From the NCBI RefSeq assembly GCF_009914755.1, contig NC_060948.1: 64,000 nucleotides of DNA, one strand, 5' to 3'. This stretch comes from the human T2T-CHM13v2.0 reference genome, Homo sapiens. The notes beneath the pieces are model-generated. The model did no database searches and was not told the origin of the DNA. It saw only the letters and a program-made list of their open reading frames with translations. A program made the position numbers and the translations under genes. Of this stretch, positions 39,450-53,730 are shown one piece after another (the first letter of the stretch is position 1; each line of letters begins with the position of its first letter).

Positions 39450-42400
39450 AGGCCTGGAATAAAGTGGAATGCTACGGTCTCGAATGGAATAAAAATGTAT
39501 GGAATGGAATGCAATGAAACGGAATCGAATGTCATAGAATGTAATGGAATGCAAAAAAATGGAATCCAAAATCATTGACTGGAAAGGCTGGGTGTCGAAA
39601 GGAATTGACTCCAATGGAATGGAATCGAATGGAATGGAAGTGAATAGAATCGAACTAAATCGAATGGAATGGAATTGATAGGAACGGAATGGAAAGGAAT
39701 GCAATGATTTGGCATGGAATGGAATCGAATGGCATCGAATGGAATGGAATGGAATGCAATGGAATGGAATGTATTAGAATGTAATGAACTTTAATGGAAT
39801 GTACTCGAATGGATTCGACTGGAATGGAATGTTCTGGAAGTGAATGGACTCCAATGGAATGGATTCAAAAGGAATGGAATCGTACGGAATGGAATCTAAT
39901 GGAATGGAATTAAATGGAAATGAATCAAATTGAATAGCACGGAATTGAATTGAATGGAATGGAATGCAATGGAATCTAATGAAACGGAAAGGAAAGGAAT
40001 GGAATGGAATGGAATGGGCTGGAATGGAAAGGAATCGAAACGAATGGAATGGAATCGAACTGAAGAGACTGGAATGGAATGCACTGGAATGGAAGGGAGT
40101 GTAATGGAAGGTTCTCGAAAATAATGGAATGGAATGGAATGGAATTGAATGGAACGGAATAGAGTCGAATGGAATTGAATGGAATGGAATGGACTAGAGT
40201 GAAATGGAATCGAACCACAAGGAATGGACAGGAATAGAATGGTCTCGAATTGAATGGAATCGTATGGAATGGCATCAAACGGAATGGAATGGACAGCCAC
40301 GGAATGGAATGCACTCGAATGCAATGGAGTCGAAACTAATGGACTGGAATAGAATGGACTCGACTGGTACGGACTCCAATGGAATGGAATCGAATGGAAG
40401 GGAATCGAACGGAATGGACTCGAAGGGAAAAGACTGCAATGGAAAGGTCTCGAATGGAATGGAAATTAATGGAATGGAATGGAATCGAATGAAATGGAGT
40501 CAAAAGGAATGGAATCGAATGGCAAGAAATCGAATGTAATGGAATCGCAAGGAATTGATGTGAACGGAACGGAATGGAATGGAATCCAAAGGAATGGAAT
40601 AGAATGGAATGGAATCGAATGGAAAGGACTCGAATGGAAATCACTCGAATAGAATGCAATTTAATAAAATAGGATCAAATGTAATGGAATGGAATGGAAA
40701 GGAATCGAAACGAAAGGAATGGAGACAGATGGAATGGAATGGAACAGAGAGCAATGGTATAGAATGGAATGGAATCATCTGGAATGGAATTGAATGGAAT
40801 GGAATAATATGAAATGGAATGGAATGGAATGGAATGGAATGGAATGGAATGGAATGCCCTTGAATTAAATGGACTGGAATGGAATGGACTCGAACAGAGT
40901 GGAATGGAAAGTGTTGAGATAGAATGCAATGGACTCCTTCGGAATGGTCTAGTATGCAATGCAATCGACTGGCAGGGAATCAAAAGGAATGTAATCGAAT
41001 GGATTGGACTGGAATGCAATGGACTCGAATAGATTGGAAACGGAATGCAAAGGAATGGAATGGAATAGTATGGAATGGAATGGAAAGGAATGGAGTGGAA
41101 TAGACTAGAGTGGAATGGAATGGACTGGAAAGCAATGGACTGGAATGGAACTTTCTTGAATGGACTGGAATCAAACGGAATGGAATGCAATGCAATCAAA
41201 TGGCATGGAATAAAATAGAATGAAAGAGAATCAAATGGAATTGAATCGAATGGAATCGAATGGATTGGAAAGGAATAGAATGGAATGGAATGGAATTGAC
41301 TCAAATGGAATGGACTAGAATGGAATGGATTCGAATGGAAGGCAAAGGAATGGAATCTATTGGAATGGACTGTAATGGAATGGAATGGAAGGGATTGGAA
41401 TGGACTCGAATGGAATGGACTGCAATAGAAAGGATTCGAATGGAATGAAAAAGAATTGAATGGAATAGAACAGAATGGAATCAAATCGAATGAAATGGAA
41501 TGGAATAGAAAGGAATGGAATGAAATGGAATGGAAAGGATTCGAATGGAATGCAATCGAATGGAATGGAATCGAACGGAATGGAATAAAATGGAAGAAAA
41601 CTGGCAAGAAATGGAATCGAAATGAATGGAGTGTTATGGAACGGACTCAAAAGGAATTGAATGTAATAGAATGGAGTGGAGTGGACTCGAATATAATGGA
41701 CTGGAATGGAATGAAATCACAAGGAATGGGAACGAATGGAATGGAATGGAAAGGAATGGAATCGAATGGAAAGGAATCGAATGGAAGGGAATGAAATTGA
41801 ATCAACAGGAATGGAAGGGAATAGAATAGACGGTAATGGAATGGACTCGAATAGAATGGACACGAATGCTGAAATTGAATGGACTCGAATGGAATGGAAA
41901 CGAAAGGAATGTCATCGAATGGAATTGAATGGATTGGAATGAAATCGCATAGAATGGAGTGGAATCAAATGGAATTGAATCGAAAGGAAAGGAAGCGAAT
42001 GGACTGAAATGAAATGGAATGGAATTGAATGGAAAGTAATGCAATGGAATAGAATGGAACGAAATTTCACGGAATGGAATCAAACTGAATGGAATCAAAT
42101 CAATGGAATCAAATCAAATGGAATGGAAAGGAATTGAATGGAGTAGATTGGATTGGATGGGATTGGAATGAAATGTACTGGAAAGGACTCGAATTTCATG
42201 AAACGGAATGGAATGAATTGGAACGGAATGGACTCGAATGGAATGGAATGTCATGGAATGGCATCAAATGGAATGGCATCAAATGGAATGGAATCGAATG
42301 CAATGGAATGCTATGGAATGGAATGGAATGCATTGGAATGGAATGTCCTGTAATGGAATGGATTCGAGTGGAATGGAATCGAATATAATGGAGTCGAATG

Positions 42401-43033
42401 AAATGGAATTGAAAGGAATGGGATCGAATACAATGGAATATACTGGAATGTAATGTAATGAACTCGAATGTAATTGACTGGAATGGAATGTACATGAATG
42501 GAATGTAATCGAATGGAAAGTAATCCAATGGAATAGAATCTAATGCAATAAAATCGACTCAGATAGAGTAGAATGTAATGGAATGGAGTGCAGTGCAATG
42601 GAATGGAATGGAATGGAATGCAATGGAATGGAATGGAATGGAATGGAATGGAATGGAATGGGATGGATTGGGATGGAATGGGATGGAATGGATAGTAATG
42701 GACTGGAGTGAAATGGACTGGAAAGGAATGGACTCAAATTGATAGGGCTCGAAAGGAATGGAGTCAAATGGAATGGTCTGGAATGGAATGAACACGAATG
42801 TAATGCAATCCAATAGAATGGAATCGAATGGCATGGAATATAAAGAAATGGAATCGAAGAGAATGGAAACAAATGGAATGGAATTGAATGGAATGGAATT
42901 GAATGGAATGGGAACGAATGGAGTGAAATTGTATGCAGTAGAAGGGAATAGAATGGAATGCAAGCGAAAGGAAAGGAATGGATTGGAATGGAATGGAATT
43001 CATTGGAATGGAAGGGAATGTAGTGTAATGGAC
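39450..43033 (+). repeat. DYZ1 unit U12, 3584 bp
   Basis: AGGCCT 39450 to 43034; +15 in the GGAAT run at ~40815-40855. Confidence 0.92.
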
Positions 43034-46000
43034 AGGCCTGGAATAAAGTGGAATGCTACGGTCTCGAATGGAATAAAAATGTATGGAATGGAATGCAATG
43101 AAACGGAATCGAATGTCATAGAATGTAATGGAATGCAAAAAAATGGAATCCAAAATCATTGACTGGAAAGGCTGGGTGTCGAAAGGAATTGACTCCAATG
43201 GAATGGAATCGAATGGAATGGAAGTGAATAGAATCGAACTAAATCGAATGGAATGGAATTGATAGGAACGGAATGGAAAGGAATGCAATGATTTGGCATG
43301 GAATGGAATCGAATGGCATCGAATGGAATGGAATGGAATGCAATGGAATGGAATGTATTAGAATGTAATGAACTTTAATGGAATGTACTCGAATGGATTC
43401 GACTGGAATGGAATGTTCTGGAAGTGAATGGACTCCAATGGAATGGATTCAAAAGGAATGGAATCGTACGGAATGGAATCTAATGGAATGGAATTAAATG
43501 GAAATGAATCAAATTGAATAGCACGGAATTGAATTGAATGGAATGGAATGCAATGGAATCTAATGAAACGGAAAGGAAAGGAATGGAATGGAATGGAATG
43601 GGCTGGAATGGAAAGGAATCGAAACGAATGGAATGGAATCGAACTGAAGAGACTGGAATGGAATGCACTGGAATGGAAGGGAGTGTAATGGAAGGTTCTC
43701 GAAAAAAATGGAATCGAATGGAATGGAATTGAATGGAACGGAATAGAGTCGAATGGAATTGAATGGAATGGAATGGACTAGAGTGAAATGGAATCGAACC
43801 ACAAGGAATGGACAGGAATAGAATGGTCTCGAATTGAATGGAATCGTATGGAATGGCATCAAACGGAATGGAATGGACAGCCACGGAATGGAATGCACTC
43901 GAATGCAATGGAGTCGAAACTAATGGACTGGAATAGAATGGACTCGACTGGTACGGACTCCAATGGAATGGAATCGAATGGAAGGGAATCGAACGGAATG
44001 GACTCGAAGGGAAAAGACTGCAATGGAAAGGTCTCGAATGGAATGGAAATTAATGGAATGGAATGGAATCGAATGAAATGGAGTCAAAAGGAATGGAATC
44101 GAATGGCAAGAAATCGAATGTAATGGAATCGCAAGGAATTGATGTGAACGGAACGGAATGGAATGGAATCCAAAGGAATGGAATAGAATGGAATGGAATC
44201 GAATGGAAAGGACTCGAATGGAAATCACTCGAATAGAATGCAATTTAATAAAATAGGATCAAATGTAATGGAATGGAATGGAAAGGAATCGAAACGAAAG
44301 GAATGGAGACAGATGGAATGGAATGGAACAGAGTGCAATGGTATAGAATGGAATGGAATCATCTGGAATGGAATTGAATGGAATGGAATAATATGAAATG
44401 GAATGGAATGGAATGGAATGGAATGCCCTTGAATTAAATGGACTGGAATGGAATGGACTCGAACAGAGTGGAATGGAAAGTGTTGAGATAGAATGGAATG
44501 GACTCCTTTGGAATGGTGTAGTATGCAATGCAATCGACTGGCAGGGAATCAAAAGGAATGTAATGGAATGGATTGGACTGGAATGCAATGGACTCGAATA
44601 GATTGGAAACGGAATGCAAAGGAATGGAATGGAATAGTATGGAATGGAATGGAAAGGAATGGAGTGGAATAGACTAGAGTGGAATGGAATGGACTGGAAA
44701 GCAATGGACTGGAATGGAACTTTCTTGAATGGACTGGAATCAAACGGAATGGAATGCAATGCAATCAAATGGCATGGAATAAAATAGAATGAAAGAGAAT
44801 CAAATGGAATTGAATCGAATGGAATCGAATGGATTGGAAAGGAATAGAATGGAATGGAATGGAACTGACTCAAATGGAATGGACTAGAATGGAATGGATT
44901 CGAATGGAAGGCAAAGGAATGGAATCTATTGGAATGGACTGTAATGGAATGGAATGGAAGGGATTGGAATGGACTCGAATGGAATGGACTGCAATAGAAA
45001 GGATTCGAATGGAATGAAAAAGAATTGAATGGAATAGAACAGAATGGAATCAAATCGAATGAAATGGAATGGAATAGAAAGGAATGGAATGAAATGGAAT
45101 GGAAAGGATTCGAATGGAATGCAATCGAATGGAATGGAATCGAACGGAATGGAATAAAATGGAAGAAAACTGGCAAGAAATGGAATCGAAATGAATGGAG
45201 TGTTATGGAACGGACTCAAAAGGAATTGAATGTAATAGAATGGAGTGGAGTGGACTCGAATATAATGGACTGGAATGGAATGAAATCACATGGAATGGGA
45301 ACGAATGGAATGGAATGGAAAGGAATGGAATCGAATGGAAAGGAATCGAATGGAAGGGAATGAAATTGAATCAACAGGAATGGAAGGGAATAGAATAGAC
45401 GGTAATGGAATGGACTCGAATAGAATGGACACGAATGCTGAAATTGAATGGACTCGAATGGAATGGAAACGAAAGGAATGTCATCGAATGGAATTGAATC
45501 GATTGGAATGAAATCGCATAGAATGGAGTGGAATCAAATGGAATTGAATCGAAAGGAAAGGAAGCGAATGGACTGAAATGAAATGGAATGGAATTGAATG
45601 GAAAGTAATGCAATGGAATAGAATGGAACGAAATTTCACGGAATGGAATCAAACTGAATGGAATCAAATCAATGGAATCAAATCAAATGGAATGGAAAGG
45701 AATTGAATGGAGTAGATTGGATTGGATGGGATTGGAATGAAATGTACTGGAAAGGACTCGAATTTCATGAAACGGAATGGAATGAATTGGAACGGAATGG
45801 ACTCGAATGGAATGGAATGTCATGGAATGGCATCAAATGGAATGGCATCAAATGGAATGGAATCGAATGCAATGGAATGCTATGGAATGGAATGGAATGC
45901 ATTGGAATGGAATGTCCTCTAATGGAATGGATTCGAGTGGAATGGAATCGAATATAATGGAGTCGAATGAAATGGAATTGAAAGGAGTGGGATCGAATAC

Positions 46001-46602
46001 AATGGAATATACTGGAATGTAATGTAATGAACTCGAATGTAATTGACTGGAATGGAATGTACATGAATGGAATGTAATCGAATGGAAAGTAATCCAATGG
46101 AATAGAATCTAATGCAATAAAACCGACTCAGATAGAGTAGAATGTAATGGAATGGAGTGCAGTGCAATGGAATGGAATGGAATGGAATGCAATGGAATGG
46201 AATGGAATGGAATGGAATGGAATTGAATGGAATGGAATGGGATGGAATGGGATGGAATGGATAGTAATGGACTGGAGTGAAATGGACTGGAAAGGAATGG
46301 ACTCAAATTGAAAGGGCTCGAAAGGAATGGAGTCAAATGGAATGGTCTGGAATGGAATGAACACGAATGTAATGCAATCCAATAGAATGGAATCGAATGG
46401 CATGGAATATAAAGAAATGGAATCGAAGAGAATGGAAACAAATGGAATGGAATTGAATGGAATGGAATTGAATGGAATGGGAACGAATGGAGTGAAATTG
46501 TATGCAGTAGAAGGGAATAGAATGGAATGCAAGCGAAAGGAAAGGAATGGATTGGAATGGAATGGAATTCATTGGAATGGAAGGGAATGTAGTGTAATGG
46601 AC
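43034..46602 (+). repeat. DYZ1 unit U13, 3569 bp
   Basis: AGGCCT 43034 to 46603. Confidence 0.92.
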
Positions 46603-49600
46603 AGGCCTGGAATAAAGTGGAATGCTACGGTCTCGAATGGAATAAAAATGTATGGAATGGAATGCAATGAAACGGAATCGAATGTCATAGAATGTAATGG
46701 AATGCAAAAAAATGGAATCCAAAATCATTGACTGGAAAGGCTGGGTGTCGAAAGGAATTGACTCCAATGGAATGGAATCGAATGGAATGGAAGTGAATAG
46801 AATCGAACTAAATCGAATGGAATGGAATTGATAGGAACGGAATGGAAAGGAATGCAATGATTTGGCATGGAATGGAATCGAATGGCATCGAATGGAATGG
46901 AATGGAATGCAATGGAATGGAATGTATTAGAATGTAATGAACTTTAATGGAATGTACTCGAATGGATTCGACTGGAATGGAATGTTCTGGAAGTGAATGG
47001 ACTCCAATGGAATGGATTCAAAAGGAATGGAATCGTACGGAATGGAATCTAATGGAATGGAATTAAATGGAAATGAATCAAATTGAATAGCACGGAATTG
47101 AATTGAATGGAATGGAATGCAATGGAATCTAATGAAACGGAAAGGAAAGGAATGGAATGGAATGGAATGGGCTGGAATGGAAAGGAATCGAAACGAATGG
47201 AATGGAATCGAACTGAAGAGACTGGAATGGAATGCACTGGAATGGAAGGGAGTGTAATGGAAGGTTCTCGAAAAAAATGGAATCGAATGGAATGGAATTG
47301 AATGGAACGGAATAGAGTCGAATGGAATTGAATGGAATGGAATGGACTAGAGTGAAATGGAATCGAACCACAAGGAATGGACAGGAATAGAATGGTCTCG
47401 AATTGAATGGAATCGTATGGAATGGCATCAAACGGAATGGAATGGACAGCCACGGAATGGAATGCACTCGAATGCAATGGAGTCGAAACTAATGGACTGG
47501 AATAGAATGGACTCGACTGGTACGGACTCCAATGGAATGGAATCGAATGGAAGGGAATCGAACGGAATGGACTCGAAGGGAAAAGACTGCAATGGAAAGG
47601 TCTCGAATGGAATGGAAATTAATGGAATGGAATGGAATCGAATGAAATGGAGTCAAAAGGAATGGAATCGAATGGCAAGAAATCGAATGTAATGGAATCG
47701 CAAGGAATTGATGTGAACGGAACGGAATGGAATGGAATCCAAAGGAATGGAATAGAATGGAATGGAATCGAATGGAAAGGACTCGAATGGAAATCACTCG
47801 AATAGAATGCAATTTAATAAAATAGGATCAAATGGAATGGAATGGAATGGAAAGGAATCGAAACGAAAGGAATGGAGACAGATGGAATGGAATGGAACAG
47901 AGAGCAATGGTATAGAATGGAATGGAATCATCTGGAATGGAATTGAATGGAATGGAATAATATGAAATGGAATGGAATGGAATGGAATGGAATGCCCTTG
48001 AATTAAATGGACTGGAATGGAATGGACTCGAACAGAGTGGAATGGAAAGTGTTGAGATAGAATGCAATGGACTCCTTTGGAATGGTGTAGTATGCAATGC
48101 AATCGACTGGCAGGGAATCAAAAGGAATGTAATGGAATGGATTGGACTGGAATGCAATGGACTCGAATAGATTGGAAACGGAATGCAAAGGAATGGAATG
48201 GAATAGTATGGAATGGAATGGAAAGGAATGGAGTGGAATAGACTAGAGTGGAATGGAATGGACTGGAAAGCAATGGACTGGAATGGAACTTTCTTGAATG
48301 GACTGGAATCAAACGGAATGGAATGCAATGCAATCAAATGGCATGGAATAAAATAGAATGAAAGAGAATCAAATGGAATTGAATCGAATGGAATCGAATG
48401 GATTGGAAAGGAATAGAATGGAATGGAATGGAATTGACTCAAATGGAATGGACTAGAATGGAATGGATTCGAATGGAAGGCAAAGGAATGGAATCTATTG
48501 GAATGGACTGTAATGGAATGGAATGGAAGGGATTGGAATGGACTCGAATGGAATGGACTGCAATAGAAAGGATTCGAATGGAATGAAAAAGAATTGAATG
48601 GAATAGAACAGAATGGAATCAAATCGAATGAAATGGAATGGAATAGAAAGGAATGGAATGAAATGGAATGGAAAGGATTCGAATGGAATGCAATCGAATG
48701 GAATGGAATCGAACGGAATGGAATAAAATGGAAGAAAACTGGCAAGAAATGGAATCGAAATGAATGGAGTGTTATGGAACGGACTCAAAAGGAATTGAAT
48801 GTAATAGAATGGAGTGGAGTGGACTCGAATATAATGGACTGGAATGGAATGAAATCACATGGAATGGGAACGAATGGAATGGAATGGAAAGGAATGGAAT
48901 CGAATGGAAAGGAATCGAATGGAAGGGAATGAAATTGAATCAACAGGAATGGAAGGGAATAGAATAGACGGTAATGGAATGGACTCGAATAGAATGGACA
49001 CGAATGCTGAAATTGAATGGACTCGAATGGAATGGAAACGAAAGGAATGTCATCGAATGGAATTGAATCGATTGGAATGAAATCGCATAGAATGGAGTGG
49101 AATCAAATGGAATTGAATCGAAAGGAAAGGAAGCGAATGGACTGAAATGAAATGGAATGGAATTGAATGGAAAGTAATGCAATGGAATAGAATGGAACGA
49201 AATTTCACGGAATGGAATCAAACTGAATGGAATCAAATCAATGGAATCAAATCAAATGGAATGGAAAGGAATTGAATGGAGTAGATTGGATTGGATGGGA
49301 TTGGAATGAAATGTACTGGAAAGGACTCGAATTTCATGAAACGGAATGGAATGAATTGGAACGGAATGGACTCGAATGGAATGGAATGTCATGGAATGGC
49401 ATCAAATGGAATGGCATCAAATGGAATGGAATCGAATGCAATGGAATGGAATGGAATGCATTGGAATGGAATGTCCTCTAATGGAATGGATTCGAGTGGA
49501 ATGGAATCGAATATAATGGAGTCGAATGAAATGGAATTGAAAGGAGTGGGATCGAATACAATGGAATATACTGGAATGTAATGTAATGAACTCGAATGTA

Positions 49601-50161
49601 ATTGACTGGAATGGAATGTACATGAATGGAATGTAATCGAATGGAAAGTAATCCAATGGAATAGAATCTAATGCAATAAAACCGACTCAGATAGAGTAGA
49701 ATGTAATGGAATGGAGTGCAGTGCAATGGAATGGAAGGGAATGGAATGCAATGGAATGGAATGGAATGGAATGGAATGGAATGGAATGGAATGGAATGGG
49801 ATGGAATGGGATGGAATGGATAGTAATGGACTGGAGTGAAATGGACTGGAAAGGAATGGACTCAAATTGAAAGGGCTCGAAAGGAATGGAGTCAAATGGA
49901 ATGGTCTGGAATGGAATGAACACGAATGTAATGCAATCCAATAGAATGGAATCGAATGGCATGGAATATAAAGAAATGGAATCGAAGAGAATGGAAACAA
50001 ATGGAATGGAATTGAATGGAATGGAATTGAATGGAATGGGAACGAATGGAGTGAAATTGTATGCAGTAGAAGGGAATAGAATGGAATGCAAGCGAAAGGA
50101 AAGGAATGGATTGGAATGGAATGGAATTCATTGGAATGGAAGGGAATGTAGTGTAATGGAC
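46603..50161 (+). repeat. DYZ1 unit U14, 3559 bp (10-bp deletion)
   Basis: AGGCCT 46603 to 50162; lacks GCTATGGAAT at ~49445. Confidence 0.92.
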
Positions 50162-53100
50162 AGGCCTGGAATAAAGTGGAATGCTACGGTCTCGAATGGA
50201 ATAAAAATGTATGGAATGGAATGCAATGAAACGGAATCGAATGTCATAGAATGTAATGGAATGCAAAAAAATGGAATCCAAAATCATTGACTGGAAAGGC
50301 TGGGTGTCGAAAGGAATTGACTCCAATGGAATGGAATCGAATGGAATGGAAGTGAATAGAATCGAACTAAATCGAATGGAATGGAATTGATAGGAACGGA
50401 ATGGAAAGGAATGCAATGATTTGGCATGGAATGGAATCGAATGGCATCGAATGGAATGGAATGGAATGCAATGGAATGGAATGTATTAGAATGTAATGAA
50501 CTTTAATGGAATGTACTCGAATGGATTCGACTGGAATGGAATGTTCTGGAAGTGAATGGACTCCAATGGAATGGATTCAAAAGGAATGGAATCGTACGGA
50601 ATGGAATCTAATGGAATGGAATTAAATGGAAATGAATCAAATTGAATAGCACGGAATTGAATTGAATGGAATGGAATGCAATGGAATCTAATGAAACGGA
50701 AAGGAAAGGAATGGAATGGAATGGAATGGGCTGGAATGGAAAGGAATCGAAACGAATGGAATGGAATCGAACTGAAGAGACTGGAATGGAATGCACTGGA
50801 ATGGAAGGGAGTGTAATGGAAGGTTCTCGAAAAAAATGGAATCGAATGGAATGGAATTGAATGGAACGGAATAGAGTCGAATGGAATTGAATGGAATGGA
50901 ATGGACTAGAGTGAAATGGAATCGAACCACAAGGAATGGACAGGAATAGAATGGTCTCGAATTGAATGGAATCGTATGGAATGGCATCAAACGGAATGGA
51001 ATGGACAGCCACGGAATGGAATGCACTCGAATGCAATGGAGTCGAAACTAATGGACTGGAATAGAATGGACTCGACTGGTACGGACTCCAATGGAATGGA
51101 ATCGAATGGAAGGGAATCGAACGGAATGGACTCGAAGGGAAAAGACTGCAATGGAAAGGTCTCGAATGGAATGGAAATTAATGGAATGGAATGGAATCGA
51201 ATGAAATGGAGTCAAAAGGAATGGAATCGAATGGCAAGAAATCGAATGTAATGGAATCGCAAGGAATTGATGTGAACGGAACGGAATGGAATGGAATCCA
51301 AAGGAATGGAATAGAATGGAATGGAATCGAATGGAAAGGACTCGAATGGAAATCACTCGAATAGAATGCAATTTAATAAAATAGGATCAAATGGAATGGA
51401 ATGGAATGGAAAGGAATCGAAACGAAAGGAATGGAGACAGATGGAATGGAATGGAACAGAGTGCAATGGTATAGAATGGAATGGAATCATCTGGAATGGA
51501 ATTGAATGGAATGGAATAATATGAAATGGAATGGAATGGAATGGAATGGAATGCCCTTGAATTAAATGGACTGGAATGGAATGGACTCGAACAGAGTGGA
51601 ATGGAAAGTGTTGAGATAGAATGGAATGGACTCCTTTGGAATGGTGTAGTATGCAATGCAATCGACTGGCAGGGAATCAAAAGGAATGTAATGGAATGGA
51701 TTGGACTGGAATGCAATGGACTCGAATAGATTGGAAACGGAATGCAAAGGAATGGAATGGAATAGTATGGAATGGAATGGAAAGGAATGGAGTGGAATAG
51801 ACTAGAGTGGAATGGAATGGACTGGAAAGCAATGGACTGGAATGGAACTTTCTTGAATGGACTGGAATCAAACGGAATGGAATGCAATGCAATCAAATGG
51901 CATGGAATAAAATAGAATGAAAGAGAATCAAATGGAATTGAATCGAATGGAATCGAATGGATTGGAAAGGAATAGAATGGAATGGAATGGAACTGACTCA
52001 AATGGAATGGACTAGAATGGAATGGATTCGAATGGAAGGCAAAGGAATGGAATCTATTGGAATGGACTGTAATGGAATGGAATGGAAGGGATTGGAATGG
52101 ACTCGAATGGAATGGACTGCAATAGAAAGGATTCGAATGGAATGAAAAAGAATTGAATGGAATAGAACAGAATGGAATCAAATCGAATGAAATGGAATGG
52201 AATAGAAAGGAATGGAATGAAATGGAATGGAAAGGATTCGAATGGAATGCAATCGAATGGAATGGAATCGAACGGAATGGAATAAAATGGAAGAAAACTG
52301 GCAAGAAATGGAATCGAAATGAATGGAGTGTTATGGAACGGACTCAAAAGGAATTGAATGTAATAGAATGGAGTGGAGTGGACTCGAATATAATGGACTG
52401 GAATGGAATGAAATCACATGGAATGGGAACGAATGGAATGGAATGGAAAGGAATGGAATCGAATGGAAAGGAATCGAATGGAAGGGAATGAAATTGAATC
52501 AACAGGAATGGAAGGGAATAGAATAGACGGTAATGGAATGGACTCGAATAGAATGGACACGAATGCTGAAATTGAATGGACTCGAATGGAATGGAAACGA
52601 AAGGAATGTCATCGAATGGAATTGAATCGATTGGAATGAAATCGCATAGAATGGAGTGGAATCAAATGGAATTGAATCGAAAGGAAAGGAAGCGAATGGA
52701 CTGAAATGAAATGGAATGGAATTGAATGGAAAGTAATGCAATGGAATAGAATGGAACGAAATTTCACGGAATGGAATCAAACTGAATGGAATCAAATCAA
52801 TGGAATCAAATCAAATGGAATGGAAAGGAATTGAATGGAGTAGATTGGATTGGATGGGATTGGAATGAAATGTACTGGAAAGGACTCGAATTTCATGAAA
52901 CGGAATGGAATGAATTGGAACGGAATGGACTCGAATGGAATGGAATGTCATGGAATGGCATCAAATGGAATGGCATCAAATGGAATGGAATCGAATGCAA
53001 TGGAATGCTATGGAATGGAATGGAATGCATTGGAATGGAATGTCCTCTAATGGAATGGATTCGAGTGGAATGGAATCGAATATAATGGAGTCGAATGAAA

Positions 53101-53730
53101 TGGAATTGAAAGGAGTGGGATCGAATACAATGGAATATACTGGAATGTAATGTAATGAACTCGAATGTAATTGACTGGAATGGAATGTACATGAATGGAA
53201 TGTAATCGAATGGAAAGTAATCCAATGGAATAGAATCTAATGCAATAAAACCGACTCAGATAGAGTAGAATGTAATGGAATGGAGTGCAGTGCAATGGAA
53301 TGGAATGGAATGGAATGCAATGGAATGGAATGGAATGGAATGGAATGGAATTGAATGGAATGGAATGGGATGGAATGGGATGGAATGGATAGTAATGGAC
53401 TGGAGTGAAATGGACTGGAAAGGAATGGACTCAAATTGAAAGGGCTCGAAAGGAATGGAGTCAAATGGAATGGTCTGGAATGGAATGAACACGAATGTAA
53501 TGCAATCCAATAGAATGGAATCGAATGGCATGGAATATAAAGAAATGGAATCGAAGAGAATGGAAACAAATGGAATGGAATTGAATGGAATGGAATTGAA
53601 TGGAATGGGAACGAATGGAGTGAAATTGTATGCAGTAGAAGGGAATAGAATGGAATGCAAGCGAAAGGAAAGGAATGGATTGGAATGGAATGGAATTCAT
53701 TGGAATGGAAGGGAATGTAGTGTAATGGAC
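50162..53730 (+). repeat. DYZ1 unit U15, 3569 bp
   Basis: AGGCCT 50162 to 53731. Confidence 0.92.
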
